64,000 nt of DNA. Origin: a bacterium. Lineage in GTDB: Bacteria > Electryoneota > Electryoneia > Electryoneales > Electryoneaceae. This document shows, in pieces, positions 8,698 to 19,053 of the stretch. How positions within the stretch are numbered: the first letter of the stretch is position 1; every line of letters begins with the position of its first letter. A program made the position numbers and the translations under genes. The stretch covers positions 704,001 through 768,000 of the forward strand of contig OY769902.1 of assembly GCA_963669175.1 (NCBI GenBank), given 5' to 3'. Below the pieces are notes generated by a model. The model ran no database searches. It was not told the origin of the DNA and saw only the letters and a program-made list of their open reading frames with translations.

Positions 8698-11193
8698 ATG
8701 AAGAGACTCTTCGGACTTGTGCTGACGGGTGTGGTTCTGTTTACGGCTGGATTCCTGGCCCTGGCAGATGATGACATGTGTGAAATGTGCCATGATGACC
8801 CGGATATGCAACGGGTGGAAAGTGGTATCCCGCATTCACTCTATGTGAATTCTTCCATGATCGAAGGATCGGCTCACGCCGGCTTCGGTTGCACCGATTG
8901 TCATACATCGCTTGACGGTTTCGAAGACTTCCCCCATGATCCTCACCTGCCCGGGGTCAATTGTGCCGAATGCCATACGGACGCTTTTGATGAGTACATG
9001 TCCGGGTTTTATGAACACCTGCGCCAGCGTGGTTTTACCGCTATTCCCGGCTGTACCCAGTGTCACGGCAGCCATGAAATTGCCGAACATGCCGACACAC
9101 GTAAAGTCTGCGGCGTTTGCCATGCTGCCGAAGTGGCGAGCTTTAGAAAATCGATTCATGCCCCGGAAAATTCGGGTCAAAACATTACCTGCACCAGTTG
9201 TCACTCCGCACATGATAAAAGCCAGCGAGGCAATATGCTGCCCGATGACTGGCGTGAATTTACTGTGAACCAGTGCCTGACCTGCCACAAATCCCAATCG
9301 GCGGATTACCTGAACAGCTACCATTTTCAGCAGGTTAAAGCTGGCAATGACAAGGCGCCCATCTGCATTGACTGTCACCAGTATCATGATATTTATACGG
9401 TAGACAACCCCAAATCCCCGGTTCATGTGGACAACCTGGACGCCACTTGCGACGCCTGTCACGAAGGGCATGAAGCGACTATTCATCGCAAGAGCGGCGT
9501 CGATCCACAGCTCATGACCTGTGTCGCCTGTCATACCGGTCACACAACTGAGATGGACGCTTCCACCAAGGTGACCTTCTACGATGAACCCCTGGCGCAA
9601 ACCTGCCAGCGTTGCCATAAAGACGCCCATAAGGGGCTGAACATGGCCCATAGCGGGATTATGGATATGGGTAATGATGGCAAGCCATCCAACTGTACCG
9701 AGTGCCATGTTTACCACTATGATATTCCCGATGAAGCTCACCAGATGAAGGCAGAGGAATTGTTAGCCTGCCAGAATTGCCATAAACAGGAGTACGACGA
9801 CTGGACACGAAGCGCGCATGGCATCTCACACAGGAAAGGCCATACGGAAGCGCCGACCTGCGAAACCTGCCACGGTAGCCGTGAAGTGGAACGTATTTCC
9901 AGCCAGTTCGGGGACGGACAGGGTGTGATCAGCCTCTGTTCTTCCTGTCATGGCAACCGTGATATCGTGATGCGTTTCCAGTTAAATCCCAATGCCGTGT
10001 CCGGGTACATGAGTTCTTTCCATGGCAAAATGTATGCGTTGGGCTACCAGGGGGAGAAGTTCGCCACCTGTACATCGTGCCACGATAACCACCTGATCCT
10101 GCCCAAGGATAACCCGGCCTCATCTGTCAGCCAGCAGCACATTATTGAAACCTGCGGGCAGTGTCATGCGGATGTAAATGAAAACTTTGTATCCATGCTT
10201 TCCCATTACGATCCCATGGCGCAGGAAGAACACCCGGTGCTGGATATTATTCATGTGTTCATGGTGTGGCTGTTGCGGATCACGTTGACCATCTTCGGCC
10301 TGCATACCCTGCTCTGGTTGACACGTTCTGCCATCAACCGGATCAAGGACGGTCCGAAGAAAAAGGTGCACAAAGCATATCGCTATAAACGATTCGGGCC
10401 GTACGAACGTATTCTGCACGCCATCGTCATTGTCAGCTTCCTGTTGCTGGCCCTGACCGGACTGCCGTTGAAGTACAGTTATACCGAGGCGTCATACTGG
10501 ATCGCGAACCACCTGTTATCGCTGGAGAAAATGGCGCTGCTGCACCGTATCGGCGCGATCCTGACCTTCCTGTATTTCGCGCTGCACCTTGGCAGTCTTG
10601 CCTATCGTCTGGCCTCACGCAGGATGACCCTGAAGAGCATGCTGTGGGGACCGGACAGCCTGGTTCCGCAACCGAAAGACGCCGTCCAGTTCGCGCAGCA
10701 TGTCGGTTATTTCCTGGGCTTGAACAAGAAACCTGTATTTGACCGTTTCGCCTATTGGGAAAAGTTTGACTACATGGCGGTATTCTGGGGCGTGGCGGTG
10801 ATTGGCGCGTCCGGCCTGACCCTGTGGTTCCCGGAATTTTTCACCCGCCTGCTGCCCGGCTGGGCGATCAATGCGGCGCACATCATCCATTCGGAAGAGG
10901 CGTTACTGGCAACAGGATTTATCTTCACCATTCATTTCTTCAACGAGCACTTGCGCCCGGAAAACTTCCCCATGGATGAAGTCATCTTCACTGGATCGAT
11001 CCACGCCGAGTACCTGGAAGAAGACCGGCGCGATTGGTTCGAACGCCTGAAAGAACAGGGTAAACTGGAAGATGTGACGGTGAAGGCGATGCACATCCTG
11101 CCGAGAACGCTGTTGTACATCTTCGGCTTCGGAGCGCTGGCTGTCGGGCTGGGATTGCTGGCCCTGATTGTCATCGGCACGTTCAGCGGGTAG
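8698..11193 (+). CDS. CbcL-like multiheme cytochrome c (17 CxxCH) fused to a C-terminal cytochrome b/b6 membrane domain
   Basis: 17 CxxCH motifs counted; signal peptide; C-terminal TM domain with ERILH, LHRIGA, YWEKFDY.AVFWG, IIHSEEALLA..FIFTIHFFN. Confidence 0.9.
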   Translation: MKRLFGLVLTGVVLFTAGFLALADDDMCEMCHDDPDMQRVESGIPHSLYVNSSMIEGSAHAGFGCTDCHTSLDGFEDFPHDPHLPGVNCAECHTDAFDEYMSGFYEHLRQRGFTAIPGCTQCHGSHEIAEHADTRKVCGVCHAAEVASFRKSIHAPENSGQNITCTSCHSAHDKSQRGNMLPDDWREFTVNQCLTCHKSQSADYLNSYHFQQVKAGNDKAPICIDCHQYHDIYTVDNPKSPVHVDNLDATCDACHEGHEATIHRKSGVDPQLMTCVACHTGHTTEMDASTKVTFYDEPLAQTCQRCHKDAHKGLNMAHSGIMDMGNDGKPSNCTECHVYHYDIPDEAHQMKAEELLACQNCHKQEYDDWTRSAHGISHRKGHTEAPTCETCHGSREVERISSQFGDGQGVISLCSSCHGNRDIVMRFQLNPNAVSGYMSSFHGKMYALGYQGEKFATCTSCHDNHLILPKDNPASSVSQQHIIETCGQCHADVNENFVSMLSHYDPMAQEEHPVLDIIHVFMVWLLRITLTIFGLHTLLWLTRSAINRIKDGPKKKVHKAYRYKRFGPYERILHAIVIVSFLLLALTGLPLKYSYTEASYWIANHLLSLEKMALLHRIGAILTFLYFALHLGSLAYRLASRRMTLKSMLWGPDSLVPQPKDAVQFAQHVGYFLGLNKKPVFDRFAYWEKFDYMAVFWGVAVIGASGLTLWFPEFFTRLLPGWAINAAHIIHSEEALLATGFIFTIHFFNEHLRPENFPMDEVIFTGSIHAEYLEEDRRDWFERLKEQGKLEDVTVKAMHILPRTLLYIFGFGALAVGLGLLALIVIGTFSG

Positions 11194-11207
11194 TGACGTT
11201 GGCTCAA

Positions 11208-11252
11208 GATGAATTTACAGGATGAACAGGATGTGAAGGATTAGCAGGATAA
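11208..11252. repeat. 9-bp periodic AGGAT tandem tract
   Basis: ttacaggat gaacaggat gtgaaggat tagcaggat; same family at 5409-5920 and 37598-37749. Confidence 0.6.
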
Positions 11253-11262
11253 CTACTTTTTT

Positions 11263-11596
11263 GGGCTGCTCACAAGTATTTGTGCATATTATTGACGAGC
11301 ACGTTTCGTCAGGTCTTGACGTGATGCCTTTTTCTTGTTCTTCTCCGCAATTTCAGACACTTATACGACTGACACCTGCTATTCCGCACGATTTGTCGTC
11401 ATCTGTCATCACGTTGTGACCTGACGACAGCGAGAATGCTGATACCGGTGGCAGGTCACAACGCGACAATAACAGGACGCGAGGTGGTTTCAGTATCATC
11501 GTGTATTCAGGAAAACATAGTGAAAGCCGAAAACAGAAAGTCGCGTCAAGACCTGCCACAACATTGCCCGGATGCACAAATTCTTGTGAGGAACCC
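11263..11596. mobile_element. MITE (about 334 bp) with imperfect terminal inverted repeats, no transposase
   Basis: Left GGGCTGCTCACAAGTATTTGTGCA, right TGCACAAATTCTTGTGAGGAACCC; internal inverted CAGGTCTTGACG/CGTCAAGACCTG; T-runs on both flanks; second copy at 1-131. Confidence 0.75.
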
Positions 11597-11654
11597 TTTT
11601 TAAGGAAAAACATGGGTTTTCTTTGCGGCTTCGCGTCTTTGCGTGAAACCGTTT

Positions 11655-13994
11655 TTATTCATCCAACACAACCACCTTCGCCCCTTGCTGATCTGTCCGC
11701 CACACAGGTAATTGAGCCTCGTTGATTCTCACCAAGACATCCTGATGTGGATGGGAAAATGGGTTGTACTGCCCGCAGGAAATCACCACTTCTTCAGGAT
11801 GGAAGCTTTCCAGTAATTCACGTGATGTACTGTGCTTGCTGCCGTGATGCGGTGCGATCAGGATATCGATATCGAGATTCGGATAACGTGATACAATGTC
11901 ACGCTCCACACCCATCGCAATATCACCGGGCAACAACGCAGAAAAGCCGTCTTCATCAAGGTTCCCCGCCTGATACAGGATACACAACGATGCGTCATTG
12001 TCCTTCATCTCGGTTTCTTCGGTAACATCCACTGGTGGGTTCAGCAGGATAAACCGCCCGATACCCGCCACACGAATCGTGTCCCCATCATGCCCCAGGT
12101 ACAGGTTTGCACCACATTCCCCCAGCGCCACAATCCCTTCCTCACCAGCCTTATCACGAAGGGTTACCGGGCTGGTGACGACAGCCTCTACATCAAGCGA
12201 GCCGTTCAGGTCCGGGATCACACCCGCATGATCACGGTCGCCATGGGTGACAAGGTACAGGGGAATATGACGTACCCCGTACCAGCGCAGCGCTTCACTC
12301 ACACCACGGCTCCCCGGCGGACCGCCATCCACCACAACCGCACGATCCCCACGGCACACTACAATCCCATCTCCCTGCCCTACATTCGCCACAATGAAAC
12401 GGAGCGGTTGATTCAGCCAGACCAAGTGTGTGGTCACCACCATCAAAGCTGCCCATACCAGCAACAGGGACAATGTGGCAAGTGGTCTGGTTTTAATGCG
12501 CGCGAACAGAACCAGGCCGACCAGGCTGAACAGGGCCATGGTCCAGGTCGCCAGACCGGGAATGTTTTCCACCACCCATCCGCTCGCAGCGCCCAGTTGC
12601 GCCAGCCCAAGCAGGAGCGTATGTATCCCGGTGAATGCTGCGGTGAAAATGGTCCCGACAAAAGGAATCCAGCCAAGCAGGATCATCACCCATCCGGCAA
12701 TCAGGGCCAGGGTTACCAGGGGAAGGGCCAGCGGCATCAAAGGAAGGCCGATCAGGCTCAAGCGTCCGAAATGCCAGATCAGGACCGGGGCAGTCGCCAA
12801 CCAGGCCCCAACCGACACCAGCAACAGCCCAAACAGGTATTCCACGGCAACCAGATGCACCCATGTGTACCAGGGTTTCCCGGCATGACGTTTGGTGTGT
12901 AGCCTCACATCAAACGCCCGCACAGCAACCAGCACCCCCGCTGTTCCAGCGAAGGAAAGTTGAAAACCGGCGTCCCACAATCCCCACGGCCGCCAGAAGA
13001 GCAACACAATCCAGGCCAGCGCCAGCGAATAGGCCGGGTTGTAACGTCGCTGCAAAGCTCGTCCCCCGGCCAGAAAGGTGTATAACAGGGCAGCACGAAG
13101 TACAGGAGGCTGACTTCCGGTAAAAGGCACATAACACCAGATCAGAAGGATGCTGACCGCGTATGCCCACCGCCAGGGCAGCCGCATCAACTTCAGCAAC
13201 AACAGCAATACACCCGCAAGGATGCCTGTGTGCAGCCCGGAAATAGCGAACAGGTGCATCATTCCCGAAGCGGCGAGCTGTTCCTGGAACTCTTCCGGCC
13301 AACCCCAGCGTTGTCCGGTCAGCAGGGCTATCGCCGAGGGTTCCTGTTCCGCCGGTAACTTCTTACGCAATTGGTTGATTACTTGCAGGCGAAGCGAGGT
13401 GATAGAGCGAGGGAGTATGGCCAGCAAGCCGGGATTGGCTGTTTCAAAGCCGTTTATACTTTTCCCGATGACACGATAGGAGACCCCACGCATCCCCCAG
13501 TAGGCGCATTCATTAAAACCGCCCGGATTATTGCGAGGATTTAATGGTGCAATATCGGCCAACATGCGGACTTGTTGACCATCGTGGAGGTGACGCGCAT
13601 CCGAGGCATCGAGATATACAATCGCATCCCCGCGAAGTATTGCCTGTTCATCACATCGTTGCCAGTAAACCGAATCCAAACGGAAGCGCGCCCGGTCATC
13701 ATGCCGTTCCACGTTCCCCTGAACCACTCCTTTCACCCACACCTGTCCCTCGGGAACTGAAACGGATGGAACCAGCGACCAGCGCAGCCAGCCAAGCAGA
13801 AAAAACAAGCTTATTACCAGGACGTTACGAAGAGTAGAAAGGCGATCCTTCAGAGTCAGCAGAAGAATGGACAGCAGCAGGATTGTCGCTGGCAGCAGCA
13901 ACAACCATGCGGGAATGGACAGATGAGTTCCTGTCAGCAACCCCAGCGTGAAAGCGGTTGCCCCGATGAACATGCCTCGCAGGGGTGGGTGCAT
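11655..13994 (-). CDS. comEC: DNA internalization competence protein ComEC/Rec2
   Basis: NPGGF, GMMHLFAISGLH, GFQLSF, VGQGDG, THGDRDH, APHHGS, NPFSHPH, WRTD. Confidence 0.93.
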   Translation of the reverse strand: MHPPLRGMFIGATAFTLGLLTGTHLSIPAWLLLLPATILLLSILLLTLKDRLSTLRNVLVISLFFLLGWLRWSLVPSVSVPEGQVWVKGVVQGNVERHDDRARFRLDSVYWQRCDEQAILRGDAIVYLDASDARHLHDGQQVRMLADIAPLNPRNNPGGFNECAYWGMRGVSYRVIGKSINGFETANPGLLAILPRSITSLRLQVINQLRKKLPAEQEPSAIALLTGQRWGWPEEFQEQLAASGMMHLFAISGLHTGILAGVLLLLLKLMRLPWRWAYAVSILLIWCYVPFTGSQPPVLRAALLYTFLAGGRALQRRYNPAYSLALAWIVLLFWRPWGLWDAGFQLSFAGTAGVLVAVRAFDVRLHTKRHAGKPWYTWVHLVAVEYLFGLLLVSVGAWLATAPVLIWHFGRLSLIGLPLMPLALPLVTLALIAGWVMILLGWIPFVGTIFTAAFTGIHTLLLGLAQLGAASGWVVENIPGLATWTMALFSLVGLVLFARIKTRPLATLSLLLVWAALMVVTTHLVWLNQPLRFIVANVGQGDGIVVCRGDRAVVVDGGPPGSRGVSEALRWYGVRHIPLYLVTHGDRDHAGVIPDLNGSLDVEAVVTSPVTLRDKAGEEGIVALGECGANLYLGHDGDTIRVAGIGRFILLNPPVDVTEETEMKDNDASLCILYQAGNLDEDGFSALLPGDIAMGVERDIVSRYPNLDIDILIAPHHGSKHSTSRELLESFHPEEVVISCGQYNPFSHPHQDVLVRINEAQLPVWRTDQQGAKVVVLDE

Positions 13995-13998
13995 AGGT

Positions 13999-15393
13999 TT
14001 ATGACATTCGTTTGACCGTAACTTTCAGCCTGTCTTGACTTGTGACAATTACCTGTTCACCCTTGGCAATGGGGGGGGCTTCCGCGGTAGCTTCCCAGAA
14101 TTCCCCCCCGATCTGAACTTTGCCCGTGGGGTTCAGTTCGATATACACAGTGCCCGTTTCACCGACCAGACCTTCGCTTCCGGTCTGAACCTTGCGTTTC
14201 TGGGCACGCACCCCCATACCCACCGCAAACACGAAGAACAGTACTGTCACCATAACAGTGGGAATAATCACCGCCCAGGAAACCCTGAGCGCGGGAATCG
14301 CGGTATCAAAAAGCATAATCGACCCCAATAGCAACCCGGCAGCGCCGCCGATGGAAAGGAAACCATAACTGGTAACCTTGATTTCGAGGATCAGCATGGC
14401 GATGCCGACAATAATTAACATCAGTCCCGCCCAGTTGAGCGGCAGGGTCTGCATGGCAAAAAACGCCAGGATCAGGCTTAATACTCCCACAACGCCCGGA
14501 ATGATAGCGTTGGGATGGTACAGTTCAAACATCAACCCGAAAAATCCCAGCATCATCAACAGGTAGGCGAGGTTCGGGTTGGCAAGTGTGTTCAGGAAAT
14601 CTTCACGCCAATTCATTTCCCGGTGCTGGATATAAGCGTCTGCGGTACGAAGAACGTGTACTCCCTTCACCGTTTCCACTTCACGTCCGTCAATCAACAG
14701 CAGCAGTTCATCTTCAGTTTCGGCGATCAGATCAATGACGTTCAACTCAAGCGCTTCAGTTGCGGTGATACTGGCAGCTTCACGCACTGCTTTTTCCGCC
14801 CAGTCGGCGTTACGTCCACGTTGCTCCGCAATGGCACGAGCCTGCGCGATGGCGTCGTTGGTTACTTTCGCCCGCATCGCTTCATCATTGCCCCTGGCTT
14901 TGGTGGAATCCGCCTCTTTTCCGGGCAGCAGTCCGCCGCCATCCATTGTCACTGGTGTCGCTGCGCCGATATTGGTTCCCGGCGCCATGGCGGCTACATG
15001 AGCGGCCATGGTGATAAACACGCCCGCCGAACCGGCGCGAGCGCCATGTGGCGATACATACACAATCACCGGGACATCGCTGTTCAGAAATGCCTTGGTA
15101 ATGCCACGGCTGGATTCCATCAACCCGCCGGGGGTATCCATACAAACCAATAGAGCTTCAGCATTGGAATCATCCGCTTCTTCCAGCGCTGACAGCAGGT
15201 AATCCATGACAACCGGCTGAATCGCGCCGTCAATGGTTACTTTCAGAATGGTTCCGGGACGGCGTTTTTCAGGCTCGAAAGTTGAACTGTCCGGCTGGGA
15301 GAAAAGCGGTAGAGAAAGGAAGAATACTCCCGTAATCAGGACCAATGCACGTAGCGCCCGAAACAGCGGAGAACGTAAGCGGATAGAGTTCAT
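13999..15393 (-). CDS. nfeD: NfeD family membrane-bound serine protease (long form)
   Basis: MDTPGG, AGSAG, MAPGTNIGAATPV, RGRNADWA, TM region and C-terminal OB fold G.V..GE.W.A. Confidence 0.93.
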   Translation of the reverse strand: MNSIRLRSPLFRALRALVLITGVFFLSLPLFSQPDSSTFEPEKRRPGTILKVTIDGAIQPVVMDYLLSALEEADDSNAEALLVCMDTPGGLMESSRGITKAFLNSDVPVIVYVSPHGARAGSAGVFITMAAHVAAMAPGTNIGAATPVTMDGGGLLPGKEADSTKARGNDEAMRAKVTNDAIAQARAIAEQRGRNADWAEKAVREAASITATEALELNVIDLIAETEDELLLLIDGREVETVKGVHVLRTADAYIQHREMNWREDFLNTLANPNLAYLLMMLGFFGLMFELYHPNAIIPGVVGVLSLILAFFAMQTLPLNWAGLMLIIVGIAMLILEIKVTSYGFLSIGGAAGLLLGSIMLFDTAIPALRVSWAVIIPTVMVTVLFFVFAVGMGVRAQKRKVQTGSEGLVGETGTVYIELNPTGKVQIGGEFWEATAEAPPIAKGEQVIVTSQDRLKVTVKRMS

Positions 15394-16805
15394 CGTGTAT
15401 CCTCCGCCAGTTTTGTCAGCGCGGCCCGTAGCAGGGACAGGATTTCAGCGTCATCTTCCCGCCACAGAGTACGCAGATCCAGCTTGAACACATTGTCGCG
15501 TACATACCCGATCATGGCTGTCTTGCCTGATCGCAGCAAATCCTGGAGACGTTTCAATCTGCCGCCTGGACCGGAGAATACCAGGGCCCGACTTTGCAGA
15601 CGTTCGGTGGGAAGCGATCCGCCTCCGGCGAAACTATCCGATTCATCCACACCCAGGAACAGACCGGCCGCTTTCACATCTCCAACAAGGTTGGCGGCAA
15701 GCTCAAGCGCACGTTGTTCAAGCTGCGGTACTTTCAACGACAACATCTGCCAGAGCGGGATCTCTTTGGTCAGGCGAACCGGGGCGAGATAGCTGCGCAG
15801 GGTGGCATCCAGCGCAGCAAAAGTAAGCTTGTCAGGACGCACCACGCGCATCATCGGGTGCTTGCGCATACGTCCGATAAATTCAGCTTTCCCCACCGCC
15901 AGACCGGCCTGCGGACCACCCAGGAGCTTGTCGCCGCTGAAGGTTACGACTGACGCTTCAGCCTGCACACTTTCCGACACCAACGGTTCACTCTTCAAAT
16001 CGCAATACTTGCCCGGATCGACCAACGCACCGCTGCCCAGATCATCCACAACCGGGAGACCTGCCTCATTACCAAGCTCTACAAGCTCTTCCAGGGCCAC
16101 ATCTTCGGTGAAGCCAACCACACGGAAATTGGAGGTATGTACCCGAAGAAGAATACCTGTCCGATTCGACAATGCTGCACGATAATCTGCGATACGTGTC
16201 CGGTTGGTGGTGCCTACTTCATGCAAACGTGCCCCACCCGCTTTGCAGATATCCGGAATACGGAACGAACCGCCTATTTCCACCAGTTGCCCACGTGATA
16301 CAATCACGTCTTTGCGGGATGCCAGTGTAGTCAGCGCCAGCATCAACGCCGCAGCGTTATTGTTCGTCACCAGGGCGTCTTCGGCCCCGGTAAGACTGAT
16401 CAGGAGATGACGCACCAAGTCGTGACGGCTGCCACGTTTGCCCTTGTCCAGATCGTATTCGAGGGTGGAGTAGCCACGCGCTGCCTGCACCATCGCCTCA
16501 ATAGCTTTTTCGCCAAGCGGACTGCGTCCCAGGTTGGTATGCACCACGATCCCGGTACCGTTCAGCACACGTTTTAGCCGTGAAGCATACTGCTTTGACA
16601 GGCGTTGCACCGCACGTTCGGCCAGTTCCGCACTGTCCGGGGCAGGTTGGTTTTTTTCACGGATGGCAGTACGGGCCAGATCTACTTCAGCACGCACCGC
16701 ATTTACTGCGGCCTCGCTTCCTGTCCATGTTTCCAGCGCCTTTTCGGCCAGAATTTTATCTACTGCGGGCAGGGTTTTCAACTGGTTCTGTTGTTCACGG
16801 TTCAT
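15390..16805 (-). CDS. selA: L-seryl-tRNA(Sec) selenium transferase
   Basis: VLNGTGIVVHTNLGR, LEYDL..GKRGSR, NNNAAA, SRGQLVEIGGSFRIPD, FSGDKLLGGPQAG. Confidence 0.97.
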   Translation of the reverse strand: MNREQQNQLKTLPAVDKILAEKALETWTGSEAAVNAVRAEVDLARTAIREKNQPAPDSAELAERAVQRLSKQYASRLKRVLNGTGIVVHTNLGRSPLGEKAIEAMVQAARGYSTLEYDLDKGKRGSRHDLVRHLLISLTGAEDALVTNNNAAALMLALTTLASRKDVIVSRGQLVEIGGSFRIPDICKAGGARLHEVGTTNRTRIADYRAALSNRTGILLRVHTSNFRVVGFTEDVALEELVELGNEAGLPVVDDLGSGALVDPGKYCDLKSEPLVSESVQAEASVVTFSGDKLLGGPQAGLAVGKAEFIGRMRKHPMMRVVRPDKLTFAALDATLRSYLAPVRLTKEIPLWQMLSLKVPQLEQRALELAANLVGDVKAAGLFLGVDESDSFAGGGSLPTERLQSRALVFSGPGGRLKRLQDLLRSGKTAMIGYVRDNVFKLDLRTLWREDDAEILSLLRAALTKLAEDTR

Positions 16806-16970
16806 CAGTGCGCCTGTGTGTATTCCTTTTGCTGCAATATACACAGTCATGCGCATCATCCACACAACGAAAGTGACATGACAAAGGAAAATCTGACGAT
16901 ATAAAGGGCATACATGTCCGGATTCTGAGGAATGTAGGATTGGCGAAAGGTTTATATTTCTGACAGTAGA

Positions 16971-17241
16971 CTAGTGGACCATTGCACCTGCTATGATGTT
17001 TTCTGAGCTGCGCGCTTTGCCTCAGGACAAGGTGCTTGACCACAGACATAGCGGGCTATTTCAAAGGGAAAGCAACGCAGTCATGGGGCAAAGCGCGCAC
17101 TCCCTTCGGGCTTGTTTTTGATGGCCGATTTCTGCGTTAGTTTCACTTAGAATAGAACCACTGTGATTTCGTGAAACTGCCTTGAACTCGACTCATTAAA
17201 AACAAGCAGAACAACTCATATCAGGTGCAATGGTCCACTGG
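16971..17241. mobile_element. MITE (about 271 bp), copy 1
   Basis: TIR CTAGTGGACCATTGCACCTG / CAGGTGCAATGGTCCACTGG; first about 145 bp nearly identical to 20314 onward. Confidence 0.8.
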
Positions 17242-17276
17242 CATCTGGTTTTATTTCATGTGTAGTTTATATAAAC

Positions 17277-18110
17277 ATGATTACCCGGTTCATCAACGGA
17301 GCCAGTATGTATTCACAGCAGAACCAGCTCGTGCAGTATCATCCATTAACCCGTTGTCTCCTGGCATTTATACTGCTAATCCCTCTATTCACAGTTACGT
17401 CCTGCACCAACAAAGTCACCTCGTATACCACGCTGTGCGCCAACACGTTTGAAACGGGTGAAACAATAGATGAAAAACGTGTTTCGGCACGTGTCGGTAC
17501 AACCCTGGGACAGGTTTTCCAGGCGTCATTAACGTATTTTGACAGCACGGAATATGGAGGCACAGAGTATGTTGAAACAGACACCGATTATCATGACAGG
17601 ATTGTATTATTGACAAGTGGGCTACGTATCTGCCCCATCAACCATCTGGAATTCGGAATCGATGGTTTCTCACCTGTCTTTCCCCTGGCTGCGCTTAGTA
17701 ATTACCACGGACTGGTTAAAATTCGCCTGACTCCAACCGGAAGTCCTTTTGCGTTATCAATGCTGGGGGCGGCTGGTTTTTGTGACGGAACCAATAGCGA
17801 GGAAGAATGGAACGATCACAGGATCAGCATATCCAGTGATCTGAATTTCTTTGAATTTCGGATCCCCATGAGTTATCGATACCCGAATGATCGTGTGGTT
17901 TTCTTTGGTCCATATATGATGCAGGGACATTTTGACGTAGAATCCAAAGCGGAATCAAGTGAATTCTTACATGACCAGGCAGTGTCCCATTACCTGATCG
18001 TTCCGGGTTTTTCACTTGGCGTGCAGACAGAGAGGGTGGCCCATGAAATCACAGCCGTGCTAGTCAAAGAAAGAGTGGCTGTTCAATATGGATTTGTGCT
18101 GAAATTCTGA
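17277..18110 (+). CDS. Hypothetical exported protein, possible outer-membrane beta-barrel or lipoprotein
   Basis: Hydrophobic N-terminus ending VTSC; alternating beta-strand pattern; C-terminal QYGFVLKF; start uncertain. Confidence 0.6.
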   Translation: MITRFINGASMYSQQNQLVQYHPLTRCLLAFILLIPLFTVTSCTNKVTSYTTLCANTFETGETIDEKRVSARVGTTLGQVFQASLTYFDSTEYGGTEYVETDTDYHDRIVLLTSGLRICPINHLEFGIDGFSPVFPLAALSNYHGLVKIRLTPTGSPFALSMLGAAGFCDGTNSEEEWNDHRISISSDLNFFEFRIPMSYRYPNDRVVFFGPYMMQGHFDVESKAESSEFLHDQAVSHYLIVPGFSLGVQTERVAHEITAVLVKERVAVQYGFVLKF

Positions 18111-18122
18111 TTTCTTTACCAC

Positions 18123-18521
18123 CTACCTCAAATCAATCGGTTCGCAGACATGAAACGTGCCAGGAATCGCCTTGCCGGGGTGGACCGCAGGGGGCTGGTG
18201 GGCAAACGAGACCACTTCCGTATTTCTTACCTGAGATGACAGGTACCACCCTGTAACAAAACCAACCAGGATCAGCGCCACAGCACGAACCAGCACGGCC
18301 CAGGCATTGGTTCTCCTTTGAACCGGGAACGACAAGGGTGGCGACGGAATCGTTACCTCAACCTGTTCAATTGCTGCGATATCCCCTCGTACGATTTCCA
18401 ACCGGGTCCGGCACTGTTCGCACCCGGCAAGGTGGGCTGCCACCGCTTCACGGTCATCATCGTCAAGCAAGTCAAGCGCATACTGCATCAGTGAATCATC
18501 ACTCAGGTGTATTGTCGCCAT
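18123..18521 (-). CDS. Zinc-finger (zf-HC2) anti-sigma factor
   Basis: HLAGCEQC (HxxxCxxC) motif plus one TM helix; overlaps the sigma factor gene. Confidence 0.85.
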   Translation of the reverse strand: MATIHLSDDSLMQYALDLLDDDDREAVAAHLAGCEQCRTRLEIVRGDIAAIEQVEVTIPSPPLSFPVQRRTNAWAVLVRAVALILVGFVTGWYLSSQVRNTEVVSFAHQPPAVHPGKAIPGTFHVCEPIDLR

Positions 18522-19053
18522 ACCCGGCCTCCAGCATCGATGTTCGTACTTTCTGCACTGCGTGAAACAGACGTGATTTTACAGTTCCCAGGGGAATCAT
18601 CAACTCTTCCGCGATATCTTCGTAGCTCATGTCGCCATAAAACCGCATCACCATGATGTCGCGGTGAATAGTGTCCAATGACTGAATCGTCTTGACAATC
18701 GCCCGGTCACGTTCATCGGCAACAACACGACTCAACGGGTTGTCTTCTGTTGACAAAAGTTCCGTTTCATCCAGGGAAACTGTATTCTTCTTTCTCTGGA
18801 TTTCTTTCAATGCGGCGTTGCGTGTGATAACCGTCAGGTATCCACTCAAGCTGCCATTGTGGTGCCTGGGGTGTTTCTGAGCCAACTCCATGAACGCCAC
18901 CTGCACCGCATCGCGCGCCGCTTCCACAGAACCTGTCAGGAACCAGGCCATGCGCAGCAATCGATCCCGGTGACGTTGCGAAAGCTGTTCCCAGGCAAGG
19001 TGGTTGCCACGTATTGCCTGCTTGTACAAATCCCAATCGGGAATGTCGATCAT
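18499..19053 (-). CDS. ECF RNA polymerase sigma factor
   Basis: Region 2 (ARDAVQVAF) and region 4 (MSYEDIAEELMIPLGTVKSRL). Confidence 0.92.
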   Translation of the reverse strand: MIDIPDWDLYKQAIRGNHLAWEQLSQRHRDRLLRMAWFLTGSVEAARDAVQVAFMELAQKHPRHHNGSLSGYLTVITRNAALKEIQRKKNTVSLDETELLSTEDNPLSRVVADERDRAIVKTIQSLDTIHRDIMVMRFYGDMSYEDIAEELMIPLGTVKSRLFHAVQKVRTSMLEAGYGDNTPE

